A DNA stretch of 64,000 nt. Origin: Macrostomum lignano. Lineage: Eukaryota. A program made the translations under genes and the position numbers. The notes below the pieces were generated by a model. It was not told the origin of the DNA and made no database searches. It saw nothing but the letters and a program-made list of their open reading frames with translations. This document shows, piece after piece, positions 50,701 to 61,494 of the stretch (position 1 is the stretch's first letter; each line of letters opens with the position of its first letter). Where the stretch lies: NCBI GenBank assembly GCA_002269645.1, contig NIVC01001252.1, positions 124,001 through 188,000 of the forward strand. The letters run 5' to 3'.

Positions 50701-53700
50701 CAATCGCGGTTGTAAAGCCTCAGGTAAATGGGATTTATTGTACTATAAGTACAAATTATTGCCGCAGGCTGGGGTAAACTGGGTTTGGGCCTTTTAGGGC
50801 CAATTGGGGGCAGTCAAGTCAGGCTTTTTGCCTCAAGGGCCAACTGCTGCAGCTAGTCAGGCTCCTGGCTTCTAGTAGGCGAAATAGAAGATGATAGGCT
50901 AAGACTTTTGGAGACAGCTGACTGCCTGCCCCCCCCCCCGATATCTGCGGCTGGTTGCTGCGGGGTGGGGAGTGCACACATCAGTCAGAGCAGGCTGCCT
51001 TGTCTGGTGAAGGCATCTGTCACAGTTAACTCTCCTCTCCTCTCTCCTCTCCCTCCGTTCCTAATATTCGCATTTTCAAGAAGATAAAAGACCAGACCAG
51101 CGCCCAACCCCCCCCCCCCCACGGCTCGACTTGAATATGATGAAGCCATATATTCAATAGCTCGTATAATATTGTATATGAGATATGCATAATCTATATT
51201 AACATACAGTGGTTTCAAGACCCGCTGTCACTCCGCTAGACAGATAATGAAAAAATCGAGAATAAGGAGGAGAGAGAGAGAGAGAGGAGAAGAGTGACAG
51301 CGGCTGAGCTGTGTGTCAATACAGAAGCCCCTGACAGGCGGGCACACGGTTAGGCTGGGCACTGATATTGGGGAAAAAATTGCCACAAGATGGCACCTAT
51401 GTACCATTAAACTACTGCCTTTCTGTAGTTCAGAAAGCCCACTCATTAAAATTCATGTGCCTATCTTTGTGTACAATCTGTGTACAATTGCTCTCATTAA
51501 TTGCTCTCGTTAATAAGACAAGCAGAAATTTTTAGCAAGTGACAGACTTAATGTATACTTGTACAAAAAAGAGTACAAGATTACAAGAAGTTTATTTAGG
51601 TTAATGTTTGTGTAGTATTATTGCTTGTTTTACTTGTTAACTAGCTTGTAAGTTAGTAAGTTAAATAATTTTACGATTTCTAACATTACAAATTGTTTAC
51701 ATTTAAATACTCAGAAACAGCATGGGTTTTATAGAAAAATTTCGAAATAACTATATTCTTTTTGTGTAGCAAGTTCCTCAAATATTAACCAGAACTACAT
51801 GCATTTCTGCAATAATATTGCAAGGTACGCTCGTATTAGCATATAAAGTAGCAAAAGTATGAAAGCTTTCTACAGTACGGGAGCTTGCAAAAATTTTAGT
51901 ATTTTAAATTTATAGGGTCCTTTGAATACTACTTTACTGTAAGACTAACAACCACTGCCATTTCTTTTACCAGTAAAGCAGAAAACCGAGTTACCGGGAT
52001 TAAATGTGGTGGCTGTTGTAAGCAACCACGGCGCGCAAAAGATTTTGGCCAAACTCAGCATGGTGCGCTGGCAGGCTGTACCGTGACCACGTTTTGGCAA
52101 AATCAGAGTGAACACTCTCCACTGCTTGCTCGCTGCAGCTGCCAAGCGCTTGCCCTGTCCGCCGGCAGAACTCTCCAACATGGCAAAAGACAACGTGAAC
52201 TTTTGGGGTGACAGGTAAGCTTAAGCTCATGTAGGCCAGTCGAAAATTCTCAATTGCCTCTTCAAAGTCTGCCGCCAATTCGGTTCCAAAGGCGCTGCTG
52301 ACCAGCCGATCGAACGCCATCAGACACGCCCCGTACGGCTGTAATGGTGGAGGCAGATCAGCGTGAAGCTGCGGTGATTTGCGGAGCAGCTGGCGGCAGG
52401 CGTTTCCTTCCATCATGCCACCTCTGTAATCAGCTCGAATAATGCCATGCTGATGAGCCCACTCGAACGCGCGATTCGCACCCCAAGCTTCGTTGAGCTT
52501 GTCCAGCAGTCGGTTGCTGACTCCAAGGAGCAGGTGCAGCTCAGGTGGCGGCAGAAGCATCAAAACTTCTTTGTCATCATCGCCTGGTAGCAGTGGCATG
52601 TTGACACAGTTTTTAAAGTTCTTTGCCTTTGCACGAACTTGGCCAGCTGCTTGAAACTGCTGAGCAAACTGCCGAATTCTCCCAAGAGTTCTTGGCACAC
52701 CATTTTCTGTAAGAGGAGCCAGAGCTTCGCAATAGGGGCACGGATGTGTACAGGAATGAGGTTGCAGTCCGCAGATGATGTTTGCAACTTTCATATCTGC
52801 AGTGACTGGGATTTGAAGTTCGTTGACAGCGATCGCCTCTAGCAGAGCCTGAATATTTCCGTAAGTCTCAGGAACGTCGTTGACGATCGCAAGCAACAGG
52901 ATCTTCTTGACACCCGTGTCACAGAATTTCCTGCTGTTGGCTCCTCGAGTTCCGATTTCGGGTTTTGCGTTAGAGCCAATTATCGAAACGCAAACTTTAA
53001 AAAATCCGCCGCCACCATCGAGACCCAGCAGACAGTGAAAATCATTGAAACTGCGTTGCTGAGCAACATGTGCAATGAGTTTGACCGAGTCGTTGCAGAC
53101 AACAGTCGGGCGGCAAATAGTGTCGGCTGTTGCGGCAGTCGAGGTCAGCTCCGAGAACTGGAGATTCTGGATGTCGAAGTAATCCTCTAATGCTCGATTT
53201 TGCTGTACCAAAATTTTCTTCAAGTTTGACTCGACTGCACGAGATGAGCTCGCGCCAGCACGAAGCACTTGAGCAGCCTGTAGCACTTGATTGTTGCTCA
53301 GATTCAGAGTTGTTTTCAAGTGCATCATAGTGTCCGTCCTCGTTGGAGGAAAGCTCGCACTGCTGTTTTGAGCAACATGCACAGCAACTCGAATCGGATG
53401 GCCGCCTCGATGTCTGGCCAGAGTGATCGAATTCGAATCCGCCGTCGACCCACCCGTCTTTTCGGCAATGCAGTTGCTGGCCAGCATCTCCCTTGTCCTT
53501 GGGCTGACTGTTTGCTCAATGTTAGTCACCTTAGCTGTCGAGTTGCATTTGTGCTGTTTGCCACGCCCAACTGGAGAATGACAGTATGAGCAGGAAAGCA
53601 CAGCCGTTGCTCCTTCAGCTGGTGCTGGGGATCTTTCGCGTGGTCGACCAGGTGGGGCTCGAGCAGGACCTGTTGTGTAAGGCGTCTTTGGATCGCTGCC

Positions 53701-56700
53701 TTTGTGGTGATTGCCACGAGCCATTTCGCACAGTTGGCAGTTGCAATCCGGTCTGCTTCTGGTGGCTGGAGGCAGACTCTTCATGTCGGCTATTATCTTC
53801 TCGTAATCTGGTCGCGGTGGCAGAGCACGAGGCGTCAGACTTCTTAGTGACGATAAAACGCGCCTGCAGCCCTGGCAAACTCCTTCAGGTAGAAAGTGCC
53901 GCACTGCCTCGTAGTCCTGGAACAAGTCGGCTGCCACGGATTCGAAATTAGAGCAAGAAGAAATCAGCGCAGAAGCTCGTCTCAAGCAGAGCAGGCACAA
54001 ACTTTGCCTGTTCTCGTTATGAGTTTTTTTTGTCGTTGGCATTGTAGACAGTACAAGCTATGCAAACAACTCTTTCAGTTCAGGCACTCGCTTGTTTTAG
54101 ATCAAATAGAACTAGATCAAACCTTTATAAGTAAATTGAGCAGTATGATAACCAAGTTAACGCACCTGGCAGAAATATTACAAAGCAATTATAGATAAGA
54201 TACTACTGTGTTATTACTATTGATAAATTCCTCTTTATGACTGCAATTATAAGGCATAAGCTACCTGTGGTGCAGCGTTTTATTGCTCAAGCAGATATGG
54301 GGCAATATTTACTCCCAAAGTCCTTTGTGGTCTATTCATAATTATCATCTGATTAGCAAAAATTCTATTAGAGCAATAAAATATTTTGTTTTAAAGTGTA
54401 CCGAAACATATAGTGCCATACACAGCAAAGATAGGCACATGAATTTTAATGAGTGGGCTTTCCAAACTACAGAAAGGCAGTAGTTTAATGGCACATAGGT
54501 GCCGTCTTGTGGCAATTTTTTCCTCAATATCAGTGCCCAGCCTAACCGTGGGCAGTGTCCCCCAGCTACCGTTCAGGCTGGGCTCATCTTCGTGTATTGA
54601 GAGCGCGCAAACTCTCACGCAAATTCCTTCCAGATCTGTAGCCGAATCAATCCAATCAGTCCTGTCAATCTAATCAACCTGTCAATCCAATATAAATGTC
54701 AATCTAATCAACCTGTCAATCCAATCAAACTGTCAATCCAATCAAACTGTCAATCTATTCAAACTGTCAATCTAACCAAACTGTCAATATATTCAAACTG
54801 TCAATCTAATCAAACTGTCAATCCAATCAAACTGTCAATCCAATCAAACTGTCAATCCAATCAAACTGTCAATCTAATCAAACTGTCAATCTAATCAAAC
54901 TGTCAATCTAATCAAACTGTCAATCCAATCAAACTGTCAATCCAATCAAACTGTCAATCTAATCAAACTGTCAATCCAATCAAACTGTCAATCTATTCAA
55001 ACTGTCAATCTAATCAAACTGTCAATCTAATCAAACTGTCAATCTAATCAAACTGTCAATCTAATCAAACTGTCAATCTAATCAAACTGTCAATCTAATC
55101 AAACTGTCAATCTAATCAAACTGTCAATCTAATCAAACTGTCAATCTAATCAAACTGTCAATCTAATCAATCTGTCAATCTAATCAACCTGTCAATCTAA
55201 TCAAACCTGTCAATCTAATCAAACTGCCAATCTATCAACAATGTCACAAGAGACAAAGAGTTGAAATTCAAGAAAACTAACAAGCTTTATCTTAATTTTA
55301 TCGCAACAATTAGAATACTTAATCCGCAGCATCTGAAAAGTGCAGCGACAAAGGAAATCGAACCCCAGACCTTCAGAGGCGCTCTATCAATTTGAATCCG
55401 CTCTCCGACTCTGAACGAGACGGGCAGCAAAAAGAGAGGAAAAGTAGCATATAATTAGGAGGCGGAATCGCTCATAATTATTTAAATTGGCGCCGGGATG
55501 CAAATTGGAGGGGATTTTTTTCCGGAGCTGGAGGGGAAGAAAGCGAGGACGGAAGCGAATTCCTTGGGACAGCCGCGCAGTTCTGATTGCAACGCTGCTC
55601 CATCAGTCCAAATCCTACAGCCTCCGACTCGACTTCCCTTTTTCGGCCAGTGCAAAGGGTTGTGCAGAAAATTGCCGAGGAGCAAAGAGTAGCCACTGAC
55701 TGAGGCTGCAGGCTGGCATAATAAATCGCTTCATCTTGGACTTTGGGATGCTGGAGACTGGAATACAGCAAACAGTACAGTTTCCTAAGGCAGCCTACGA
55801 CTGCTCAATCATATTCTTCAGGTCAGAGGTCAAAAGAGTACAAGCTCGCGATAAAAGTGCTAATACGAGCACAGTTTATCTGTACGCTTCTGGGAAAGAA
55901 TATAAATATGTAAATATTTTATTAAAAACATAGACCGAATGTATGAGCATTCTTGAGCCCTAACCCTAATCCTCAGTACCCTCCAAACCCTCTGCCCTAC
56001 ACATTCTACATGCACTCCACAGCCTCCGTACACTCCTGACCTTGAATGCTCTCTTCACCCCTATACCCTCCGCACCCTCTGCACCCTCCGCACCCTCCGC
56101 TTCCATGGCTCATCATCGCGGATCCTCACCTTCTTCTGCTTGTATTTAATCGCCAGCTTCAATCTGGACAGAGTCATCCGTTCTTCATCAGTCTCTTCCA
56201 GCGCCTTCTCGTTCACCTTGTGGCCGCTCTGGCCGATGTCCTGGTTGAGCACGATAGCCAGCTCAGCGGAACTGCGGGTCTGCTCCAGCAGGGCGGAGGC
56301 GTACTCCTGGCACTTGGCGGCCAACTGCTCGTACTCGCTCTTGAACTCGTTCTCCAGCCTCCCTAGTCGCTTCATCTCCCAGCTGAGCTCGAAGGCGGTC
56401 AGAATTGGATCCTTGCTAGACAGGCAGATCAAGGAGGGACTCGCCAGGGCTTTGTAGGCGTTGATTCGCGACTTGGAGTGCCGCAGGCTGTCCTCCTTCT
56501 GCGCCAGCACGCACTCGTCGCAGGCGCAGCGCAGCTCGTGCGGCTTGGGCACGCGGTCGCCGCGGTCCAGCAGGATCTTCAGGATCTCGTAGTTGTCGAT
56601 ATGAGCGGCCAGGATGATGGGCGTGATGTCCGGGGTGAAGCTGCTGGACGGCACCGCGCCCATGGGGCCCTGCAGGTTGAAGTGCAAACCAATGCCGAAT

Positions 56701-59700
56701 TTGATGTGCAAAGTCGAAAAATTGAATTTTTATTCTGCGGCCTTTAATACCAATCTACCTTGCCTAACTACCTGCCTAACTACCTGCCTATCTACCTGCC
56801 TACCTGCCTGTCTACCTGCCTACCAGCCTATCTGCCTGTCTACCTTCCTGCCTACCTGCCTGTCTACCTGCCTACCAGCCTATCTGCCTGTCTACCTTCC
56901 TGCCTACCTGCCTGTCTACCTGCCTACCAGCCTATCTGCCTGTCTACCTTCCTGCCTACCTGCCTGTCTACCTGCCTACCAGCCTATCTGCCTGTCTACC
57001 TTCCTGCCTACCTGCCTGTCTACCTGCCTACCAGCCTATCTGCCTGTCTACCTTCCTGCCTACCTGCCTTTTTACCTGCCTACCAGCCTATCTGCCTGTC
57101 TACCTTCCTGCCTACCTGCCTGTCTACTTGCCTACCAGCCTATCTGCCTGTCTACCTTCCTGCCTACCTGCCTGTCTACCTGCCTACCAGCCTATCTGCC
57201 TGTTTACCCGCCTACCAGCCTATCTGCCTGTCTACCTGCCTGTATACCCGCCTGTCTATCTGCCTGTCTACCCGTCTACCAGCCTATCTGCCTGTCTACC
57301 TGCCTGTCTACCTGCCTGTCTATCTGCCTGTCTACCCGTCTACCAGCCTATCTGCCTGTCTATCTGCCTGTCTACCTGCCTGTCTACCTGCCTGTCTACC
57401 TGCCTGTCTACCCGCCTACCAGCCTATCTGCCTGTCTACCTGCCTGTCTACCCGCCTACCAGCCTATCTGCCTGTCTACCTGCCTGTCTACCTGTCTACC
57501 TTCCTACTTGGCTGTCTACCTGCTTGCCAACCTACCTCATCTACCAACCCACCTGTTTATAAATCTACCTACCTTCCTTCCCTTCATTCCTTAATTCCTT
57601 CATTCCCTAATCTGCCTCCAGAAATCACCACAAGCAGGGTTTTGTAAAGCAGTGTGCTAAAAACTAACATGCAAAAAATTGCAATCCAAAACCCTTTCAA
57701 TTCAAACCATTGATAGCGGCGCATTTTTGTACGCAGCAAAATCGCGGTTGCTGCTATGCATGCAGGCTGGTTACGAAATACAAAAAAAGTTTGGTGGCGG
57801 CGGCAAGGGGGATTCCAACGCTGGGCTGTCCTCATTTCCGTTTAGCACAGCGGGAGGGGAGAGAGGGGAGAGACGAGCCTGAAGGACCGCCCGATTCCCC
57901 CAGCACTCGATATAATGAGGAACAAATTGGCTGTCGGTCAGCAAATAAAATTGGCTGCCAAAATCGCGAGCAGCAGAAGCAGAGCTGGCAGGTCCGGCGG
58001 CTTCGCGTGACCGGGCGGTTGCGGCTCGACGCCAAAAATGGAAAGAAGAGAGAGAGGGAAGGAGGGAGGGAGACCGGGTTGAAAAGATAATCTGGATAGC
58101 AAGATTTTTATGCGTTCAAGAGGGTAAAGTGCGGGAGAGACCGACTCGATGACAGGTTTTTAGAAACTGGGAATTAGTGATTGGAAATTATAGACAGGGA
58201 CTCGGGAATGGGGACTTATAGACAGGGACTCGGGAACAGGGACTAATAGACAGGGACTCGGGAACAGGGACTAATAGACAGGGACTCGGGAATGGGGACT
58301 TATAGACAGGGACTCGGGAACAGGGACTAATAGACAGGGACTCGGGAACAGGGACTAATAGACAGGGACTCGGGAACAGGGACTAATAGACAGGGACTCG
58401 GGAACAGGGACTAATAGACAGGGACTCGGGAACAGGGACTTATAAATAGGGACTCAAAAACAGGTGCTTAGCAGAGACAAAAAACAGTTGAACTTAAAAA
58501 AAGCCGCAAGCACCGCTGTTGCCAGGGCCCCATTCTCCAGAACAAAAGCAACAAATATAATTTGAGCACTGCTCTCGGCAACCGCGTGCCAGAGTCAGGG
58601 TGCAAGCCAACTGCACACAGACCGTCTCTTCCATTCTCTGCTGCAGAAACAGCATTGAGGGAGTGGCCATGCCGCACGTGGGTAGCAATTGACCCTGATA
58701 AATGGAATTACGAGTTCGGCATCATTAGCCTTGTTATTAGCGTCACTCTGTAGCATCATTAGCCTTGCATCATTAGCCTTGCTATTAGCCTGACTCTGTA
58801 GCATCATTAGCCTTGCTATTAGCCTCACTCTGTAGCATCATTAGCGTTGCTATTAGCCTCACTCTGTAGCATCATTAGCCTTGCATCATTAGCCTTGCTA
58901 TTAGCCTGACTCTGTAGCATCATTAGCCTTGCTATTAGCCTCACTCTGTAGCATCATTAGCGTTGCTATTAGCCTCACTCTGTAGCATCATTAGCCTTGC
59001 ATCATTAGCCTTGCTATTAGCCTGACTCTGTAGCATCATTAGCCTTGCATCATTAGCCTTGCTATTAGCCTGACTCTGTAGCATCATTAGCCTTGCTATT
59101 AGCCTCACTCTGTAGCATCATTAGCCTTGCATCATTAGCCTTGCTATTAGCGTCACTCTGTAGCATCATTAGCCTTGCATCATTAGCCTTGCTATTAGCC
59201 TGACTCTGTAGCATCATTAGCCTTGCTATTAGCCTCACTCTGTAGCATCATTAGATTTGCTATTAGCCTCACTCTGTAGCATCATTAGCGTTGCTATTAG
59301 CGTCATTCCATAGCTTTCCTCAGTAGCCCTCGCATCCTCAGCATTAGCATCATATCCTAGGGGTTAAAGTTGGCGGACAAGCAGGCAGAGAAACTGACTG
59401 ATGATGGGAAAACAGCCCTCCCCAAACTATGCATTGGATCGATGCAGACAATTTTCATATGGACCTGTGATTAATTCGCAAGGCTGGAAATACTTCAGAC
59501 TCTGGGCAGAGGGACAAATGTCGCTTCTGCCTAAGTAATTAAAACTGGACGCGTATGCACTTTTCAGCGGATTAAAAAGGTAGAGGAAGACAAGATAGAG
59601 TACACAATGAACTTTAGAACTCCACTATATTGCCACTGAGAGACCAGGTGTTCAATGTAAAATTCTGTGAAGGGAAATGGCCACCCAATTTAAGATCAGT

Positions 59701-60234
59701 TTTGTACGCAAAAAATTGATTTGCCATGGGAGTTTTAGCCGGCTGCTGCTTCTAGAGAGAGACGAAAACAGTCGGATAGAGAGAGATGAAGGAAACTGCT
59801 CAAGCGTGCTCAAGAGTGCCAGCTGCAGAGCTGTAGGACTTCGGAAGCTGGAATTTTACTGGGGGAGTTCGGTTCTGCCACTGCTCTCCTGCCATCCCTG
59901 TGGGAGGGTCGGCAACTGTTGCATCGCTTCGGTTCCTCGTCAATTCGCGCATTTGTTCCCACAGATCGAAGGCAGCGGAGGCCCACTGGAATTTGCCATA
60001 GCCGCCTCTACTCGACAGAACAACTGACTGACTGACTGACTGACTGACTGACTGACTGACTGACTGACTGACTGACTGACTGACTGACTGACTGACTGAC
60101 TGACTGACTGACTGACTGACTGACTGACTGACTGACTGACTGACTGACTGACTGACTGACTGACTGACTGACTGACTGACTGACTGACTGACTGACTGAC
60201 TGACTGACTGACTGACTGACTGACTGACTGACTG

Positions 60235-60296
<62 letters not shown>

Positions 60297-61494
60297 CCTA
60301 AATAACTAACACACTAACGAACGAACTAACGAACGAACGAACAAAATGCTTGTGTAAATCTTCCTTTCGTGAGTTGCCTATGCAAGCAGCTTCCTCAAAT
60401 TTGCAAAAAGCCACGGAGCTCAACCAGACTCCCAGCTTCATCCGGCTCGCAGTCACGAAATTTCCGGGATGCACCGTGACTCTGAGGCTGCGCTACAATC
60501 ACTACAACTAAAACGTCTAAATTACAATTAAAACGTCTGCAGGCACTGCCCGTTACAGACCAGTGGAGGATAGAAATTCATTAATCCAGAGGCCCAGAGT
60601 CTATATTCAAAATTCATAAGCTGGATCATATTGTTGTTTTTTAACCCCGAATTAAAAAACTTCCACCGTCTACCTCAATTATGCTTATAAAACTCGCGTA
60701 AATCTGGCAACACTTTTAATAGTCAAAATTAACAATTTCGCTGACCCCTGGGCGCATACAAGCACGCGCCAATACTGTACGCAGGCACACACACACACGC
60801 TCACACAGGATGTACAGTGACTTTCTAATCATCAGGCATGTACACTATCTGTGCCTTGGGGGGGGGGGGGGTTGGCCCTCATGGGACCACCACCACTCGG
60901 CCAGATGAATCAGACGCGTTTACCGCCTCGTGCATCCTGCTGTAGGTGACAGAAAACTAAAAAAAAACATGCCAAGAAACTCACCGGAGCCTGCGGCTTC
61001 TTCTGCTGCTTCTCCGCCTGGGCGTGCAGCAGCATCTCCACGGCAACAACGTTCTCTTCCTGGATGGCGTGCAGCAGGGCGTCGCCCAACTCCAAGAAGC
61101 CGAAGCTGAGCAGCATCTCCAGCAGTTCGATGTGCTCAAACTCGATGGCGATTAGCACAGCCGATCGACCGAGCGAATCCACGCAGTTGACGTTGACGCT
61201 CAGCGTTTCGGCGTTTTCAACGTACTGCCGCACGCTGGTCATGTCGCCCATCTCCACTGAAAGCAGGTAGCGCCGCTCGTTCGAGTTCAAATCGACGTCC
61301 TTCTGCAGCAGGCCGCTGCCGCCGCCCATGCCGCCGCCTCCGCAGCTTCCGAGGCCGTCCAGTCCGCAGCCAACGCCACCGCCGCCGCCGCCGCCGCCGC
61401 TGCCGCCTCCGCTGCACTGATCGATGCCCAGGTCCTCCATCATCTGGTACAGCTGGCGGCCTCGCTCGGCGTCGATGGAGCCCGGACTGCTCAT
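29746..61494 (-). CDS. Trpgamma: Canonical TRP channel (TRPC, TRPgamma/TRPC4-5-like), ~1028 aa, 11 coding exons
   Basis: Minus-strand exons 61494-60985, 56669-56130, 49555-49321, 48758-48636, 44870-44731, 43734-43361, 41107-41007, 34910-34816, 33154-32960, 32608-32383, 30293-29746 total 3087 nt with consistent phases. Ankyrin repeats ([25 protein letters not shown]), zinc site CACDEC...[37 protein letters not shown], pore [16 protein letters not shown]6 [14 protein letters not shown] box EWKFAR, coiled coil [15 protein letters not shown]. In-frame stop upstream of the ATG. The symbol reflects recalled similarity to fly TRPgamma, not a tested orthology. Confidence 0.95.
30925..32352. repeat. 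21-bp minisatellite TCTAACAGGCTGATGAGTGTG
   Basis: About 68 copies in the last TRPC intron. Confidence 0.95.
32652..32942. repeat. 21-bp minisatellite GCTAGGTGATTGTGAATGGTT
   Basis: About 14 copies filling a ~350-bp TRPC intron. Confidence 0.95.
33200..33420. repeat. GA-rich minisatellite GAGAGAGAGGGGTAGCGGGAGGGTCA
   Basis: Direct observation. Confidence 0.9.
33745..34755. repeat. CA-rich minisatellite CCAACCCACCCACTCTTTCA and variants
   Basis: Direct observation; source of ORF 33691-34758. Confidence 0.9.
35458..39645 (+). CDS. Delta/Serrate(DSL)-like single-pass membrane protein lacking EGF repeats, ~404 aa, nested antisense in a TRPC intron
   Basis: Exons 35458-35538, 36015-36139, 36981-37095, 37173-37366, 37896-38133, 38509-38621, 39297-39645 total 1215 nt in frame with GT-AG ends. 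Signal peptide [28 protein letters not shown]2/MNNL-like [10 protein letters not shown]...[15 protein letters not shown]...LTNPLHF...[12 protein letters not shown]-like [16 protein letters not shown]...[44 protein letters not shown] followed by RRCVKPKK. The exon-5 donor is the least certain boundary. Confidence 0.8.
35604..35992 (+). repeat. 41-bp minisatellite TAGAATGGATTGCTAATCTATAGCCTACATGGATAAAGGAA (left copy of inverted pair)
   Basis: About 9.5 copies; reverse complement of the array at 40615-40908. Confidence 0.95.
36288..36965. repeat. 30-bp minisatellite GAGAATCGCCCCTATAAGAATCTCACCCAA
   Basis: About 22 copies in intron 2 of the DSL-like gene. Confidence 0.95.
37430..37870. repeat. 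TTATCAG-based microsatellite (AGTTTATCAGCTTATC)
   Basis: Fills intron 4 of the DSL-like gene. Confidence 0.9.
38255..38405. repeat. 12-bp repeat GACAGATAGAGT
   Basis: Direct observation. Confidence 0.9.
38712..39225. repeat. ~37-38-bp minisatellite GAACAGGGAGTGAGGTGGGTGCATGAAAGGGGTGGGA
   Basis: Fills intron 6 of the DSL-like gene. Confidence 0.9.
39700..39965. repeat. 59-bp tandem repeat downstream of the DSL-like stop codon
   Basis: GAATATTAGCGC recurs at 39755, 39814, 39873 and 39932. Confidence 0.9.
40615..40908 (-). repeat. 41-bp minisatellite (right, inverted copy of 35604-35992)
   Basis: TTAGCAATCCATTCTATTCCTTTATCCGCGTAGGCTATAGA, about 7 copies with period 41. Confidence 0.95.
41660..41965. 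repeat. (CTCCT)n microsatellite
   Basis: Direct observation. Confidence 0.95.
42665..43320. repeat. CT-rich simple repeat (CCCTCT / CCCTCTTCACCT)
   Basis: Direct observation. Confidence 0.9.
43930..44612. repeat. 14-bp repeat GAGGGTGAGAGGGA
   Basis: Direct observation. Confidence 0.9.
45215..45510. repeat. 16-bp repeat TTCTCAAGCTCGAAAC
   Basis: Direct observation. Confidence 0.9.
46230..46900. repeat. 30-bp minisatellite CTTCACCCCCTCTGGCCTCTCCCACAGTCT
   Basis: About 22 copies. Confidence 0.95.
47650..48010. repeat. (CT)n plus degenerate CCCTCTACTTCTCT repeat
   Basis: Direct observation. Confidence 0.85.
48860..49117 (-). mobile_element. tRNA-derived SINE with CORE-like body
   Basis: Minus strand reads GGTTGTAGCCTAGTGGTTAGAGCATCGG (A box)...GGTTCGATTCTCG (B box), then GTGTCCTTGAGCAAGACACTTAAC...CAGCTGTAAAATAGG, resembling the MIR/CORE consensus. 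No acceptor stem. The 3' boundary is approximate. Confidence 0.7.
49590..50450. repeat. 23-bp minisatellite TTAAGTTGGCACCCACCTGACAC
   Basis: About 37 copies next to the acceptor of TRPC exon 3. Confidence 0.95.
51591..51596 (-). terminator. Candidate poly(A) signal (AATAAA) of the transposase transcript
   Basis: TTTATT on the + strand about 400 nt downstream of the transposase stop, inside the element. Confidence 0.35.
52000..54042 (-). CDS. Chapaev/Transib/RAG1-like DDE transposase, 680 aa
   Basis: N-terminal zinc finger H-x7-C-x2-C...C-x2-C ([13 protein letters not shown]...PEGVCQGC, then CNCQLC and CSYC..HKC), resembling the Chapa domain. Putative catalytic D (LGLDGGGGF), D (VTADMK) and E (SEQAVES). 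C2H2 zinc module CPYC ... [10 protein letters not shown] as in Transib/RAG1 cores. Confidence 0.85.
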   Translation of the reverse strand: MPTTKKTHNENRQSLCLLCLRRASALISSCSNFESVAADLFQDYEAVRHFLPEGVCQGCRRVLSSLRSLTPRALPPRPDYEKIIADMKSLPPATRSRPDCNCQLCEMARGNHHKGSDPKTPYTTGPARAPPGRPRERSPAPAEGATAVLSCSYCHSPVGRGKQHKCNSTAKVTNIEQTVSPRTREMLASNCIAEKTGGSTADSNSITLARHRGGHPIRVAVHVAQNSSASFPPTRTDTMMHLKTTLNLSNNQVLQAAQVLRAGASSSRAVESNLKKILVQQNRALEDYFDIQNLQFSELTSTAATADTICRPTVVCNDSVKLIAHVAQQRSFNDFHCLLGLDGGGGFFKVCVSIIGSNAKPEIGTRGANSRKFCDTGVKKILLLAIVNDVPETYGNIQALLEAIAVNELQIPVTADMKVANIICGLQPHSCTHPCPYCEALAPLTENGVPRTLGRIRQFAQQFQAAGQVRAKAKNFKNCVNMPLLPGDDDKEVLMLLPPPELHLLLGVSNRLLDKLNEAWGANRAFEWAHQHGIIRADYRGGMMEGNACRQLLRKSPQLHADLPPPLQPYGACLMAFDRLVSSAFGTELAADFEEAIENFRLAYMSLSLPVTPKVHVVFCHVGEFCRRTGQALGSCSEQAVESVHSDFAKTWSRYSLPAHHAEFGQNLLRAVVAYNSHHI
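54650..55235. repeat. 17-bp minisatellite TCAATCTAATCAAACTG
   Basis: Direct observation, starting about 100 bp from the transposon end. Confidence 0.95.
56755..57520. repeat. CTACCTGCCTGT-based compound repeat
   Basis: Direct observation. Confidence 0.9.
58190..58455. repeat. 28-bp minisatellite TAGACAGGGACTCGGGAACAGGGACTAA
   Basis: About 9 copies. Confidence 0.9.
58720..59305. repeat. Compound CATTAGCCTTG / CTCTGTAGCAT minisatellite
   Basis: Direct observation. Confidence 0.9.
60023..60345. repeat. Compound tetranucleotide microsatellite (GACT)n-(AACT)n-(AACG)n
   Basis: Direct observation. Confidence 0.95.

Larger units (their letters stand above)
51345..54550 (-). mobile_element. Autonomous Chapaev-like DNA transposon (CMC group), 3206 bp
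   Basis: 125-bp TIRs 51345-51469 and 54426-54550 with 5 mismatches and termini 5'-CACGG...CCGTG-3'. 4-bp TSD GGCA at 51341-51344 and 54551-54554. Single uninterrupted 680-aa ORF inside. Confidence 0.9.

Noticed and set aside
51345-51385. V(D)J RSS-like reading of the TIR (CACGGTT vs CACAGTG, followed by an A-tract)
   Set aside because: Only 5/7 heptamer match, the A-tract is not at 12/23 spacing, both ends are symmetric, and the TSD is 4 bp rather than 5 bp. It is not a ProtoRAG/Transib end, and no RAG2-like ORF is present.
55345-55415. tRNA/SINE-like fragment (GGAAATCGAACCCCAGACC)
   Set aside because: Only a B-box-like stretch is recognisable; too short to call.
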